Virus record (IMG/VR): IMGVR_UViG_3300027690_000123
Span: 49,991 to 113,990 of that record
DNA: 64,000 nucleotides
From: a virus
Strand: one strand, 5' to 3'
The translations under genes and the position numbers were made by a program. Under the pieces are notes generated by a model. It was given only the letters and a program-made list of their open reading frames with translations, had not been told where the DNA came from and searched no databases. This document shows, one piece after another, positions 53,607-63,655 of the stretch (position 1 is the first letter of the stretch; each line of letters opens with the position of its first letter).

Positions 53607-55565
53607 ATGCCTGTATTTTTCAATGGACGGCTGTTGACGACCCCGGCGGTAGCCACCCGCATCGATGATTCGGCGATGGCCAACAAGAACCTGACGGTCG
53701 AGAACAACCTGGCGATCATCGGACAGAGTTTGGGCGGAACCCCCAAAACGGTGGTGAAGTTGGGGAACCCCAAGGAAGCAGTTGAATATTTCACCAGCGG
53801 CGAGCTGGTCGAGGCCATTAAAAAGGCGTTTTCCCCGTCGGCCGAAACGAATGCTCCCCAAAACATTTTTGCGGTGCGTGTGGATCCGGCGACCCAGTCC
53901 CATCTGGTACTGGCCCAGGATGTTGTTGCGGAAACCGGTATCGTCGGCAGCCTCGTGGGATTAGAGGCCCAACAGATCACCTTGGGCACCGTGGTTGGCA
54001 CCGAGGATGGCTTTTACAATGGCTTTCGGATCAAAATGACCAGTGGGGCGGCAGTTGGCGAAACGAACCTGATCACTTCTTTCACCTATTCGACGCTGGT
54101 TTGTGATCTCCGATACGCCTGGCGCAATGCCCCGTCGGCCGGTGACACCTATGAACTGACCCCTGCTGCTTTGTGTGTCGAATCTTCGGATTACGGCAGT
54201 CAAACCACCCGGATCCGGATCAAGGTTCAAGACGGCACGGTTGATGGGACGAAATATCTTGCCACCAGCATGGACAATCAGGAGTACATCAAGGATAACC
54301 TGGGGGCGACCTATTTCACCTTGCAGTACACCGGTGCCGCGGCCTCTGCTTTGGTTACCGTTACGGCTGCCAGCATCGTGGTTTCTGCAGGTGTCCTCGG
54401 GGCGGAAACGACCTTGCTGACTTGCGATCTGACGGTTTACGATACCGTGTCCAAGGTGGTTGATTTCTTCGACGCCCATGCGGATCTGGTTGCTTCCTAC
54501 AACCCGACCTATCGGGATTATGAAACCTACGGCAAGTTGGATTATGTGATCGATGCGAGCATTTTGACCGCTACGGGGATCACGGCCAACTTGCAAGCCA
54601 TCGCCGACTGGCTGGATAGCCTGTCCGAATCTTTCGTCGATGTGTATCGACCGATTGAAGCCGGAGTCGTGCCGGCCAATATCGGGTACACGTTCCTGCA
54701 TGGCGGGAATGCCACTACCCCGACGAACACCGACTGGCAGGATTGCTTCGATGCCCTCCAGACAGAGGATGTGCAGTGCGTCGTTCCGCTTTCCAGCTCC
54801 GCATCGATCCACGCCATGGCTGTGACGCATTGCGATTACATGAGCGACACGGCGGGTATGGAACGACGTTGCATCGTCGGTGGCGCCATCGGGGAAACGA
54901 TGGATGCGGTGGCCCTCCGGGCATATAACATTAACCATGACCGGTGCTATCTGGCGACGCCGGGCTACAAAGATTACAATGCCAATGGCATTCTGGTCGA
55001 ATATGCCCCGTACATGATGGCAGCTCTGCTTGGCGGGATGATCACCGGCAGCGACCCGGGAACCAGTCTGACCAACAAAACCATCACCATCCAGGGCTTG
55101 ATCCAGAAATACCGCATTCCGACCGATACGGACGATCTGATCAAGGCTGGCGTGATCGCGGTGGCTGAAACCCGGGAAGGGTACAAGGTTATTCAATCCT
55201 GCTCCACCTGGCTGTCCAACGACAACTATAACCGCGTGGAAATGGGAACCGGCTTTGCCGTCGATTATGTGGCCCGGAACGTCCGCAACTCCCTCCGGAC
55301 CTTGATCGGCAAGAAAGGCACTCCGGCAATCCTCGGACGGGCTGTGTCCATCGTCGAAAACACCTGCAAGGAACTGGCCCGCCCGGCTCCTTTGGGCCCG
55401 GAAGTCATCACCGGCGACGATGCCAACCCGGCTTACAAGAACATCACCGCCGAGCTGGAGGGCGACGTTCTGCGGGTCTTTTTCCAGTGCAGCCCGGTGG
55501 TGCCGGTCAACTACATCCCGGTTGGCATTTCCATCGTGCCTTACAGCGGATCGGCGGCAGTTTAA
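53607..55565 (+). CDS. Contractile tail sheath protein
   Basis: MPVFFNGR..TPAVATRIDDS; SGELVEAI..AF; DWQDCFDAL; LIKAGVI; PVNYI. Confidence 0.92.
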   Translation: MPVFFNGRLLTTPAVATRIDDSAMANKNLTVENNLAIIGQSLGGTPKTVVKLGNPKEAVEYFTSGELVEAIKKAFSPSAETNAPQNIFAVRVDPATQSHLVLAQDVVAETGIVGSLVGLEAQQITLGTVVGTEDGFYNGFRIKMTSGAAVGETNLITSFTYSTLVCDLRYAWRNAPSAGDTYELTPAALCVESSDYGSQTTRIRIKVQDGTVDGTKYLATSMDNQEYIKDNLGATYFTLQYTGAAASALVTVTAASIVVSAGVLGAETTLLTCDLTVYDTVSKVVDFFDAHADLVASYNPTYRDYETYGKLDYVIDASILTATGITANLQAIADWLDSLSESFVDVYRPIEAGVVPANIGYTFLHGGNATTPTNTDWQDCFDALQTEDVQCVVPLSSSASIHAMAVTHCDYMSDTAGMERRCIVGGAIGETMDAVALRAYNINHDRCYLATPGYKDYNANGILVEYAPYMMAALLGGMITGSDPGTSLTNKTITIQGLIQKYRIPTDTDDLIKAGVIAVAETREGYKVIQSCSTWLSNDNYNRVEMGTGFAVDYVARNVRNSLRTLIGKKGTPAILGRAVSIVENTCKELARPAPLGPEVITGDDANPAYKNITAELEGDVLRVFFQCSPVVPVNYIPVGISIVPYSGSAAV

Positions 55566-55581
55566 TTTTGTTCTGCTGTTA

Positions 55582-55595
55582 CAGTAACGGATTAC
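55582..55595. promoter_or_regulatory. Palindromic motif copy (CAGTAACGGATTAC, degenerate)
   Basis: Between sheath and tube. Confidence 0.45.
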
Positions 55596-55644
55596 TTTTG
55601 AAACATGGGGGCCGGATGGCCCCCATTATCCAGGAGGCCATATC

Positions 55645-56064
55645 ATGAGAGAGAATCTCAAAGTTCGTTCCGCGAACCTGGCCCGGGTCTTGATCGACGG
55701 CGAGGAAGTGGGATTGATGCAAAATATCAACATGAGCGATGACTACGGGCCGGAGGGGGCGTCGGGCATCGGCGACATCCATGTGCAAGAGCATGTTCCG
55801 ACCATGGCTCGGCACAGCATTTCGTGTTCCAAAATGGCCCTGCGTACCGCCGGCCTGTACGCCAAAGGGATCGTTCCGGAAAACGGCGAAGAGGCCCTCC
55901 GAGGCCTGGTCGTCGACATCGAGGTGTTGGACAAAAACACCGGTGAGGTGTTGCGGAAATACCTGTTTTGCACCTTCGCCTCCGGCAGCATTGAAGTGAG
56001 CAAACATGCCATCATCAGTTATCAGTCCCAATGGATGGCGCTCGATGTCGCCGGGAAAATGTAA
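55645..56064 (+). CDS. Tail tube protein
   Basis: Follows the sheath; GLMQNINMSDDYG..GIGDIHVQEHVP. Confidence 0.85.
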   Translation: MRENLKVRSANLARVLIDGEEVGLMQNINMSDDYGPEGASGIGDIHVQEHVPTMARHSISCSKMALRTAGLYAKGIVPENGEEALRGLVVDIEVLDKNTGEVLRKYLFCTFASGSIEVSKHAIISYQSQWMALDVAGKM

Positions 56065-56075
56065 CTCCCTTATCC

Positions 56076-56130
56076 AAGCCCAAACCTCTGGCGGTGAACC
56101 TCCCTCCCTCCGCCACGTTTGGGCTTTCTT
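56076..56130 (+). terminator. Hairpin terminator after the tube gene
   Basis: AAGCCCAAAC..TGGCGG / CCGCCA.GTTTGGGCTT-TCTT. Confidence 0.7.
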
Positions 56131-56149
56131 GTATCTGTAGGATGAATCG

Positions 56150-56194
56150 TTGACGAAGGCCCTGGAACCTTATAGAATAAAAGTAATCAATTAC
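56150..56194 (+). promoter_or_regulatory. Sigma70-like promoter TTGACG-17-TAGAAT followed by motif AAGTAATCAATTAC (56181-56194)
   Basis: Upstream of the tail chaperone-TMP-baseplate operon. Confidence 0.8.
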
Positions 56195-56211
56195 ATTGAA
56201 AGGAAAATATC

Positions 56212-56571
56212 ATGCTAAAACCATCGGAAAAACAATTCACCAAAGAGATCGAGAACCTGGGCAAATTCACTTTCCGTTTCCCCACGCTGACGGATGAAAT
56301 CCAAGCCGACAACATCTCGGCGAAGCTGCTCGGGGAAAACCGCAATCCTGCCATTGCGACCAACAACATCGCGGTCATGATCGGCACATTGAAGGTGGCT
56401 ATCGTGGAAGCTCCAAAGGATTTTGATCTCGATGAGATCTACTCTCCCGAGGAACTGGAGATCGTCTATAACGCCTTTTCCGAACAGGTGTCATCCTTTC
56501 GTCGCCAATCTGCGTTCGCAAAACAGACGGGAGCTAAAACAGAGGGCGCTGGAACAGGCGAAGGAGCTTAA
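56212..56571 (+). CDS. Tail assembly chaperone (G)
   Basis: Position between tube and TMP; FTFRFPTLTDEI. Confidence 0.75.
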   Translation: MLKPSEKQFTKEIENLGKFTFRFPTLTDEIQADNISAKLLGENRNPAIATNNIAVMIGTLKVAIVEAPKDFDLDEIYSPEELEIVYNAFSEQVSSFRRQSAFAKQTGAKTEGAGTGEGA

Positions 56572-56836
56572 ATACTGGTTCCGGCAAAAGTACAATTTGC
56601 CGCCCACCGATCCCCGTTACCTTGAAATGACGGGCATTGAGATCGAAATGGAGTTCATGAGCCACCTCTACCGGGAGGTGTTGGACAAGGGGCGGGAACC
56701 TGATCTCGATGAATTTGAAACGACCGAGGTGGATAAGGCCATCGAACAGTGGGCGAAGGAAGACGACGAAATTCTCGACGCCTATGCCTTGCGAAATAGC
56801 CGGCATCTTTGGGAGGAAGTAAACATCCATGAGTGA
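56498..56836 (+). CDS. Tail assembly chaperone extension (T), probably made by frameshifting
   Basis: Overlaps G in the +1 frame with no good RBS/start; YWFRQKYNLPPTDPRYL. Confidence 0.6.
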   Translation, partial: FVANLRSQNRRELKQRALEQAKELKYWFRQKYNLPPTDPRYLEMTGIEIEMEFMSHLYREVLDKGREPDLDEFETTEVDKAIEQWAKEDDEILDAYALRNSRHLWEEVNIHE

Positions 56837-58595
56837 TCAGAAAACGACAATTTCGGTCGGGTTCAGATCCGATACAACGGGGATCGATCAGGCGAGCCAG
56901 AAGATTTCACGGCTCAAGCGATTGCTGGATGATACGGCCAACTCCTGCCAGCGGCTAAATGGGCAGGGTGGGGGATCTTTTTGGGGCAATCTTTCCGATC
57001 CAAGCCGGCAGCGGGTAATGACTGGCGGATTCATGGGGGGATTTGGCCGGGGCATATTGAACCGGGGCATGGCCGGTGGCGGGGCGGCGTTGGCTGGGTT
57101 GGGCATGGCTACCGGGGCTATCGCCTTGATCGCCCGGATGGTGTCGTCGGCCAGAGAATATATCCAGGCGCTCGACCCGCTTGAAAAACAGCTCTCGATG
57201 GTCACCGACGGCCAAAGTCAATTCGCTGGCAGTATCGAACGCACCGGCGAAGCAATCGGAAAGACCAAAATTGAAATGGTCCGACTGGCCCAGTCCTACG
57301 TTGCTTTGGCCGGCGCCCAGCAAGGTGGCATCGCCCGGCAGATGAATGTGGCCGGGCTGCTGGCCAAGGGGATGGGCGTCGATACGGGGACGATGTATTC
57401 CTCCATGGGCTCGATGGCTCAGATGGGGGCTTTCGGCCAATACGGCGGCATGCGGATGGAACGCTTTGCGGTCATGATCGCCGATGCCGTCGCCCGCGGT
57501 GGGATGAATGGCAGGGAAGGCGAAGTCCTGTCCTCGATCCAGTCTTTGATGGGGTCGCAGCTTAATGTCCTCACCCGCATGGCCCCGGGCAGTACCGATG
57601 CCATGATCGGGGCGCTGACGGCCATGAACGCCTCCAACCGGCCGGGCTTGATGGGAATGCGTGGGGCTGGTCTGCTCCAGCAAATGAATCAAGGGTTCAT
57701 GAATCCCCGGGGCGAATTCGGCGAATACTTCATGTATAACGCCCTCGGCGGTGGGGATTACTTTGACTTCAGATCACGCCTTGAGAAAGGGATCTTTGGC
57801 AAGGGGAACCTGGATGCCTTGATGGGGCAATTCCGCAAAAATTTCAAGAATCCAAAAGCCCGGTATCATGCGATGAGCAAGATCCTGGGAATCTCGATGG
57901 ATCAAGCGGCGGCTATAGACGGCCTTGATCTTAACAATAGCGACGCCTTCATGTCGGCGTTGGATAAGGCCACCGGCGGGCGGAAAGAAGCTATCAGTCC
58001 TGACAAATTGGGGTTGATGGCCCAAATTTTCAACTCCAGCGGGGCGCAGCGGGAGGCCTTGTTCAAAGACGCCCGGATCTCTGGTTTGGCAAAGGAAAAA
58101 GGGTGGACGGCCCGAACCGACATCAACACCGTCCTTGCGGGGATCGCCAAAAGCGGGCTGAAGCAGACTGAATCCGAAAAGATGATGACGACCCTTACCA
58201 CCATCGACAACAGCATCACCAAGTATGGAGAAAAAATCGTACCGAAATTGACAGACATTTTGGAAGGGGTCCTAAAAATCACCAATAAGCTGGTGGATGA
58301 AGATGACAACCTCATCATGTCTGATGAACAGCAGAAAAAAGTCATCGACGAAATTCGAGCCCGAGGGCTGTTTGATGGCGCCGGCGATGAAATGGCTAAA
58401 CAGTGGGCTTCGAAAGCCAAGGGCACATATGAAGTGGGATCACAAGTTGTTGGCGGCTTGTTTAGTTCCTTCGACCCTATCATGGAGGGGATCGGGAACC
58501 TGTTCACCGAATTGGGGAAGCAGTTGAAGCTTGAGGTCAAGGTCGTTGATGACCGGGTGGCCGGCGATGGCAACACAGTGAAGGCGGGGCGCTGA
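56829..58595 (+). CDS. Tape measure protein
   Basis: G/A/M-rich helical sequence; position. Confidence 0.8.
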   Translation: MSDQKTTISVGFRSDTTGIDQASQKISRLKRLLDDTANSCQRLNGQGGGSFWGNLSDPSRQRVMTGGFMGGFGRGILNRGMAGGGAALAGLGMATGAIALIARMVSSAREYIQALDPLEKQLSMVTDGQSQFAGSIERTGEAIGKTKIEMVRLAQSYVALAGAQQGGIARQMNVAGLLAKGMGVDTGTMYSSMGSMAQMGAFGQYGGMRMERFAVMIADAVARGGMNGREGEVLSSIQSLMGSQLNVLTRMAPGSTDAMIGALTAMNASNRPGLMGMRGAGLLQQMNQGFMNPRGEFGEYFMYNALGGGDYFDFRSRLEKGIFGKGNLDALMGQFRKNFKNPKARYHAMSKILGISMDQAAAIDGLDLNNSDAFMSALDKATGGRKEAISPDKLGLMAQIFNSSGAQREALFKDARISGLAKEKGWTARTDINTVLAGIAKSGLKQTESEKMMTTLTTIDNSITKYGEKIVPKLTDILEGVLKITNKLVDEDDNLIMSDEQQKKVIDEIRARGLFDGAGDEMAKQWASKAKGTYEVGSQVVGGLFSSFDPIMEGIGNLFTELGKQLKLEVKVVDDRVAGDGNTVKAGR

Positions 58596-59989
58596 TGGCG
58601 ATTCAAACCTATAAAATCCGGTGCCAGGTCACGTTGCATTCTTACATCGACGGGCGGGTGCTGGACCTGACGAATTACATCCGGAATTTGAATATCCAAA
58701 AAGGGTTGTATGAGCCGGCGGGTCATTTTGAGATTCAACTTCTGCCGGCGGCCGATATCATCGGGAAAAAGAACGTTTCCTGGTACTATCGGATCAGCCC
58801 GATGGATTATGTCGAAATCCGCTTCACCCGGGATTGGGATTCCAAGGAAATTCCCGTCGTCATGCGGGGGTTTGTCGAGGAAGTGGGGCTGTCCATGGCG
58901 GTGGATAACGAGGGCCGGCCCAACCGGGTCTATACCATCAGCGGGTCGGATATGGGCAAGCTCTTTCAGATCACCCGGATTTACTATTTGAAGGAAGTCT
59001 CCCGCGATCTGCAACTGATCACCTTGCCCGGGTTTGAACAGGTCCAGCAAAAATACGGGGTTCAAATCAGCGGCACGCCGGGTGAGATCATCGAGGCGTT
59101 ATTCGCCATCGCCCAAAATCAGCTTTCGCTGATCAAGAAAACACAGACTGCAATCCCCGAAATGAAAATTCTCCGGAGTGCGACAATCAAGGGCTTCGCC
59201 AACAAATTTGCTTTGTCCCAGGAAGACGGGTCGATTTGGGATTTGATGTCATTTTTCGACAACAGCCCTTGGAATGAGTTGTTCACCGTCGATCTGGCAG
59301 ATGCCTTCTATCTGGTTTTTCGGGAAACGCCCTGGAAAGACTATGACGACGGAAAATATATTCAGGGCGTCGATGCCAATATCGACAAATACACTTTGGG
59401 GCCGCCGGTTTCGATCGAGCCGAGCAGCATCCAGCGGTTGAACCTCCGCCGAAGTGATGCCGAAGTTAAAAACTTCTTTTTCACCTATCCGATCCATAAC
59501 CTTGTGGATGGTCAAACGGCGTTTAAAGCCACATCGATCGGTGAGGTGGAAAAAGAGGAAGACCTCAAATCCAACCCCCACTTGATCGATCACACCGACA
59601 AGGATGCCGGATCTTACCGGTTTGGCTTTCGCCGCTTTGAAAATAGCTGCGAGGTTTTTGATATGGAGCAAATGATCAGCTCGAAAAACCTGGCCCTCGA
59701 GCTGAATCAAGCCTTGCAGAGAGCCTTCAAATACAACAGCGCCTATGAATCCGGCGACATCGTCTTGAAGGGCAATTCGAACCTGCGGCCCGGGATCTAC
59801 ATGACGTTCAATTATCATTCGGGGGTAACGCCTGAATACTATGTCATCGGGGTCAACCACGAATTGTCCTTCGTCAATAACCAGGAACAGTTTTCCACCA
59901 CGGTCAACGTCGTCCGAGGGGATGGATATTTGAGAACCCGGAAAGCTTTACATAATGCCGACAACGAACAGCGGAAGGCACTTACATGA
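58595..59989 (+). CDS. Baseplate hub protein
   Basis: Position after TMP; PWNELF, FRETPW, G...LKG...RPG, YYVIGVNH, VVRG. Confidence 0.7.
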   Translation: MAIQTYKIRCQVTLHSYIDGRVLDLTNYIRNLNIQKGLYEPAGHFEIQLLPAADIIGKKNVSWYYRISPMDYVEIRFTRDWDSKEIPVVMRGFVEEVGLSMAVDNEGRPNRVYTISGSDMGKLFQITRIYYLKEVSRDLQLITLPGFEQVQQKYGVQISGTPGEIIEALFAIAQNQLSLIKKTQTAIPEMKILRSATIKGFANKFALSQEDGSIWDLMSFFDNSPWNELFTVDLADAFYLVFRETPWKDYDDGKYIQGVDANIDKYTLGPPVSIEPSSIQRLNLRRSDAEVKNFFFTYPIHNLVDGQTAFKATSIGEVEKEEDLKSNPHLIDHTDKDAGSYRFGFRRFENSCEVFDMEQMISSKNLALELNQALQRAFKYNSAYESGDIVLKGNSNLRPGIYMTFNYHSGVTPEYYVIGVNHELSFVNNQEQFSTTVNVVRGDGYLRTRKALHNADNEQRKALT

Positions 59990-60984
59990 TGCAAAAAGGC
60001 TTTGAACGAAATCCGAAGCGTTCTCCCAAATATTGGCACAACATACTGCAGATGGGGAAAGTGATCGGGGTCAAGGCGGACAAAAAGACGGTTGACATCG
60101 TGATGATGAACGGTGGGGCGGTGCATTACGATGTGCCGGTCCTGGCGCCCATGGCGTCCACGTCGTCGGGGTTGAGCCATCTGCCCAGGCCGCAAAACCC
60201 GAAGGCCGACACGGAGGAAGGCTATGACTTTCCGATCGCCTACGGCGGCCGGGATATTTTCGCCATTGTTGGTTTCGTCGAGGGGGTTGGGACGATGCCG
60301 GTCGTGTTGGGGTTTCGCTATCCGGCTGAAAACCAGTTGTCGTTTTCCAACAGCGTGGGGGCGAACCATTATATCGATCGACATGAATCCGATCGGTATC
60401 ACCGGATGATCGGGGATACGGTGGAGGAAAACGGCGGGGCGGATGTCGCCAGTGAGGAAGAAATCCGGTATCCGGATGACAGCTATTTCAAGGTTGTGAA
60501 AAACGGCGGCAGCCGGGCGTTGACCGATCTGTCGGAGTTGAACCGGGATGCCGAAACCCAACCGTTCACCGTCAAGAAAGAAAACCGCAAGGGGTTTTAT
60601 TTCCAGCATGCGAGCGGCACCCGGGTGTTAATCGGCCCCGATGGGGAAATCAAGATCGGCCATCATACCGGCTCTTGGATTTCGATCGGGCCGGATTCAT
60701 CCGAACTGGCGGCCGAGGCGGTATCGATCGGCGAGGTGGACAGCAAAAATGATCCGCCGACGGCTGCAAACGCAAATACGGTTAAAATCCATATCGAGCA
60801 TTCGTCAGGAACGACAATCACCGTTCTGGAAAACGGGAAAATTGAGATCGAGGCCGTTGCCACTGTGGACATCGCCGGGGCGGCTGCAGCAACGGTCAAA
60901 GGCGTTGTTCAAGGGGATTGCATCTGCCCTTATACGGGGCGGCCCCACATCATGATTTCATCCAATGTGAAAGCGAGTGTGTAA
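59986..60984 (+). CDS. Baseplate central spike (gpV/gp5-like)
   Basis: N-terminal OB fold, HASGT/HSSGT beta repeats, C-terminal CICPYTGRPH metal-binding tip. Confidence 0.75.
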   Translation: MMQKGFERNPKRSPKYWHNILQMGKVIGVKADKKTVDIVMMNGGAVHYDVPVLAPMASTSSGLSHLPRPQNPKADTEEGYDFPIAYGGRDIFAIVGFVEGVGTMPVVLGFRYPAENQLSFSNSVGANHYIDRHESDRYHRMIGDTVEENGGADVASEEEIRYPDDSYFKVVKNGGSRALTDLSELNRDAETQPFTVKKENRKGFYFQHASGTRVLIGPDGEIKIGHHTGSWISIGPDSSELAAEAVSIGEVDSKNDPPTAANANTVKIHIEHSSGTTITVLENGKIEIEAVATVDIAGAAAATVKGVVQGDCICPYTGRPHIMISSNVKASV

Positions 60985-60986
60985 CT

Positions 60987-61202
60987 ATGGCAATGTCGGC
61001 AGCAAGCATGGCGGCGTATATCGAGAGCCACCTGGCAGCACTTGATCATACCCAAACCAACAGCGCAGCCAGCGCCGAAACCTATCGGCAGTCAGTCCTG
61101 CAGGCTTTCTGCCAGGGGGTCATCGATGAGATCGTCAACAACGCCGTGGTGACGACTATCAGCGGCGCACCTGATGGGGAACACACCGGCGAGATCGCCT
61201 GA
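60987..61202 (+). CDS. Small baseplate-region protein
   Basis: MAMSAASMAAYI...FCQGVIDEIVNNAVV. Confidence 0.55.
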   Translation: MAMSAASMAAYIESHLAALDHTQTNSAASAETYRQSVLQAFCQGVIDEIVNNAVVTTISGAPDGEHTGEIA

Positions 61203-61222
61203 TCGGTTTTAACGGGGGATAT

Positions 61223-63655
61223 ATGGCATCCAGCAGTCTGACAAAATTAAAGCGTTTGTCCGACGAATTGAGTTCGGTCGGGCAAAACCCGTCTTCGAAC
61301 GATTCCAGGGTGAATCACAGTCAATTCGGCAAGAACGTGGTTCTATACCTTTACACCGATGGACTGATCACCGGCACTGTTAAAAAAGACCAACGCTTCA
61401 TCTTCCCGGTCAACCCCGAGGAATTTTCCGTCAGCCGCAACGAGCGGGTCCAGGTCGTTCAGACTTTGGGTGAACCCTTCATCGATGAGTTCGGAAAAGG
61501 TATGCCCACGCTTACCGTCCGGGGCACCACCGGATGGCGTATCCGGCCGACCATCGAGAATATCGACGGACATGAAGCCTTCCGCCGGCTGCATCGCAAT
61601 TTCATCGATGGTTATTTTGATCAGCGCCAGGCCAAGGTCGGGGCGGGGTTGAATCCGGATGATGTGATGCTGGTCGTGGTCAACAATGTCGATGACCTCA
61701 GTTACAAAGTGGTTCCCCAAAATTTCAAACTGCTTCGGAGCCGGGTCAAGCCGCTGCTTTATCAATACGAGATCACGTTCGGTGTTCTTGAAGATCTGAA
61801 CTCGATCGAGGCCTTTAAAAAAGTGGAGGATCTTGTCAGCAAGCCCAAAAGTCGGAATTGGCTGTCTGCCTTAACAGAACGGCTCACCCCCTTGGTTAAT
61901 AAACTCATGGTTTTTGCCACGCCGGTGTGCACCGCCGTAGCGAATTTCATCGATACCAGTGTGGGAATTCTCGAGAACGCCAAGGCTGGGGTAGGAGACA
62001 TCGCTAACTTTATCCATGGGGTGAGTTCCTCAATCGAGCTGGTCCTCGATGCCACCCGGGACACCCAGGCGTTTATCAACGATTTGCCGCTGGAGGCCAT
62101 CCTTGAACTCAACGAACTTACGAGCGTGGTGGGGGAGTTCAACTGCTACCTGAAAAACGGTTTGACCGAGTCCTGGCTGCCGGATTTCTCCGGGGTATGC
62201 GGGGTAACCGATTGCGCTACGACGCACGGGATCAAATCCGGCGCCATTGCCGACAGTGTCTCCAACGCCGTCGAATGGGTGGTCGAGATGCGCGAAGCGG
62301 CGAAACGCAACGGATCGGCAACGATCATCGGTATTCGCCACAGTGATGAAAATCTGCCCAATATGTTCGAAGATCCGTCGGCCGCCATCGTCATGGAAAG
62401 CACTTTAGATGACAAGCTCGAGCAGCTTTCGTTGATCCAAAAAACACCTGCGTCCGCTGGCGGGCTCGACGGGGTCTATGAGGCCATCATCAGCACTGTC
62501 GGCGACATCGATATGGATGCCAGCCTTTTGCCGGATGAAAATACAACCGACGATCTGAAGAAAATCAGCCAATTCAAAATCGTAACGGTCAAGGAAAACG
62601 AGTCGCTTCAAGCTATCGCTTACCGAGAATACGGGGATTCAAACAGGTGGTATGAGATTGCTGCGGCAAACGATATCGTGATCGAATCTGCAACCGAATT
62701 GCTGGTGCCCTACACGTCGTTCACGGTTACGGGTAACCTTTACCGGAGCACGCAGCATATCGACATCGGAATGGCTGTGCCAAGCAACTATGCTGTCGCC
62801 GGGGTTACGCTGGTCATCAAGGATGCCATGGGCGCCTGGCAAAAGATGCAAGTCGAAAGCGTTTTGGGCAGTGTGATCACGTTTCACGAAACCTTCAGCC
62901 AGAATTACACCGGCCCGATTACGGTCATGAGAATGACCAACCTGGCCAGCTATGGGGTACTGGATGGAGAGACTTTTTTGACAGCAGCCTTCTCGACTGG
63001 TTCCAAAACACTGTCGTTGAATGAGGTCAAAGACATCTATCCGGGGTATGCGCTGTTCGTACAAGGTGTCAGCGAAGCCCGAAGCTATAAAGTCGTCAGC
63101 GTGAATTATCTCGAGAAAAAAGTCATTGTCGATAAGGCTTCGATCGGGTTTGCGTCGGGGGCGAAGGTTCAAATCTACAATCGGGAAACAAGTCAGGTCC
63201 ACATCACCCCGGGCATGCAGTTGAAAATCCCAATCACCAGTGGGGACCAGAACGTTCCTTCGCAAAGCGCCAACGAGATTTACGGGACTGATCTTGAAAC
63301 TGATTCTTCCGGTTGTCTTGTGGTGGCTGATGGGGATTTCTCCTTGATTTCGGGCTTGGCCAATCTCAAACAGGCGATCGAACATCGGATTCTTTCAGAT
63401 TATGAAAGCCTGATCGTGCATCCCCAATATGGTTGCGGGCTGCTGGCGATTGTCGGGGCAAAGAACACACCAGCGATCCGGACGTTGGCCAAGGCAGCTC
63501 TTATCGATGCGTTGAATCGGGAGCCCAGGCTTGCCCGGGTTTCATCGCTCAACAGCTTTTCGGTGGGGGATGCGATCAAATTTGCGATCGAGGTGCAAAG
63601 CACGGATAGCAATACAGCAACGGATCTCAATTTCGTAATCGGAGGGGGCAACTAA
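61223..63655 (+). CDS. Fused baseplate protein: tube-initiator-like + LysM + gp25-like wedge
   Basis: FPVNPEEF..VVQTLG; VKENESLQAIAYREYGDSNRWYEIAAAN; GLANLKQAI...HPQYGCGL. Confidence 0.7.
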   Translation: MASSSLTKLKRLSDELSSVGQNPSSNDSRVNHSQFGKNVVLYLYTDGLITGTVKKDQRFIFPVNPEEFSVSRNERVQVVQTLGEPFIDEFGKGMPTLTVRGTTGWRIRPTIENIDGHEAFRRLHRNFIDGYFDQRQAKVGAGLNPDDVMLVVVNNVDDLSYKVVPQNFKLLRSRVKPLLYQYEITFGVLEDLNSIEAFKKVEDLVSKPKSRNWLSALTERLTPLVNKLMVFATPVCTAVANFIDTSVGILENAKAGVGDIANFIHGVSSSIELVLDATRDTQAFINDLPLEAILELNELTSVVGEFNCYLKNGLTESWLPDFSGVCGVTDCATTHGIKSGAIADSVSNAVEWVVEMREAAKRNGSATIIGIRHSDENLPNMFEDPSAAIVMESTLDDKLEQLSLIQKTPASAGGLDGVYEAIISTVGDIDMDASLLPDENTTDDLKKISQFKIVTVKENESLQAIAYREYGDSNRWYEIAAANDIVIESATELLVPYTSFTVTGNLYRSTQHIDIGMAVPSNYAVAGVTLVIKDAMGAWQKMQVESVLGSVITFHETFSQNYTGPITVMRMTNLASYGVLDGETFLTAAFSTGSKTLSLNEVKDIYPGYALFVQGVSEARSYKVVSVNYLEKKVIVDKASIGFASGAKVQIYNRETSQVHITPGMQLKIPITSGDQNVPSQSANEIYGTDLETDSSGCLVVADGDFSLISGLANLKQAIEHRILSDYESLIVHPQYGCGLLAIVGAKNTPAIRTLAKAALIDALNREPRLARVSSLNSFSVGDAIKFAIEVQSTDSNTATDLNFVIGGGN

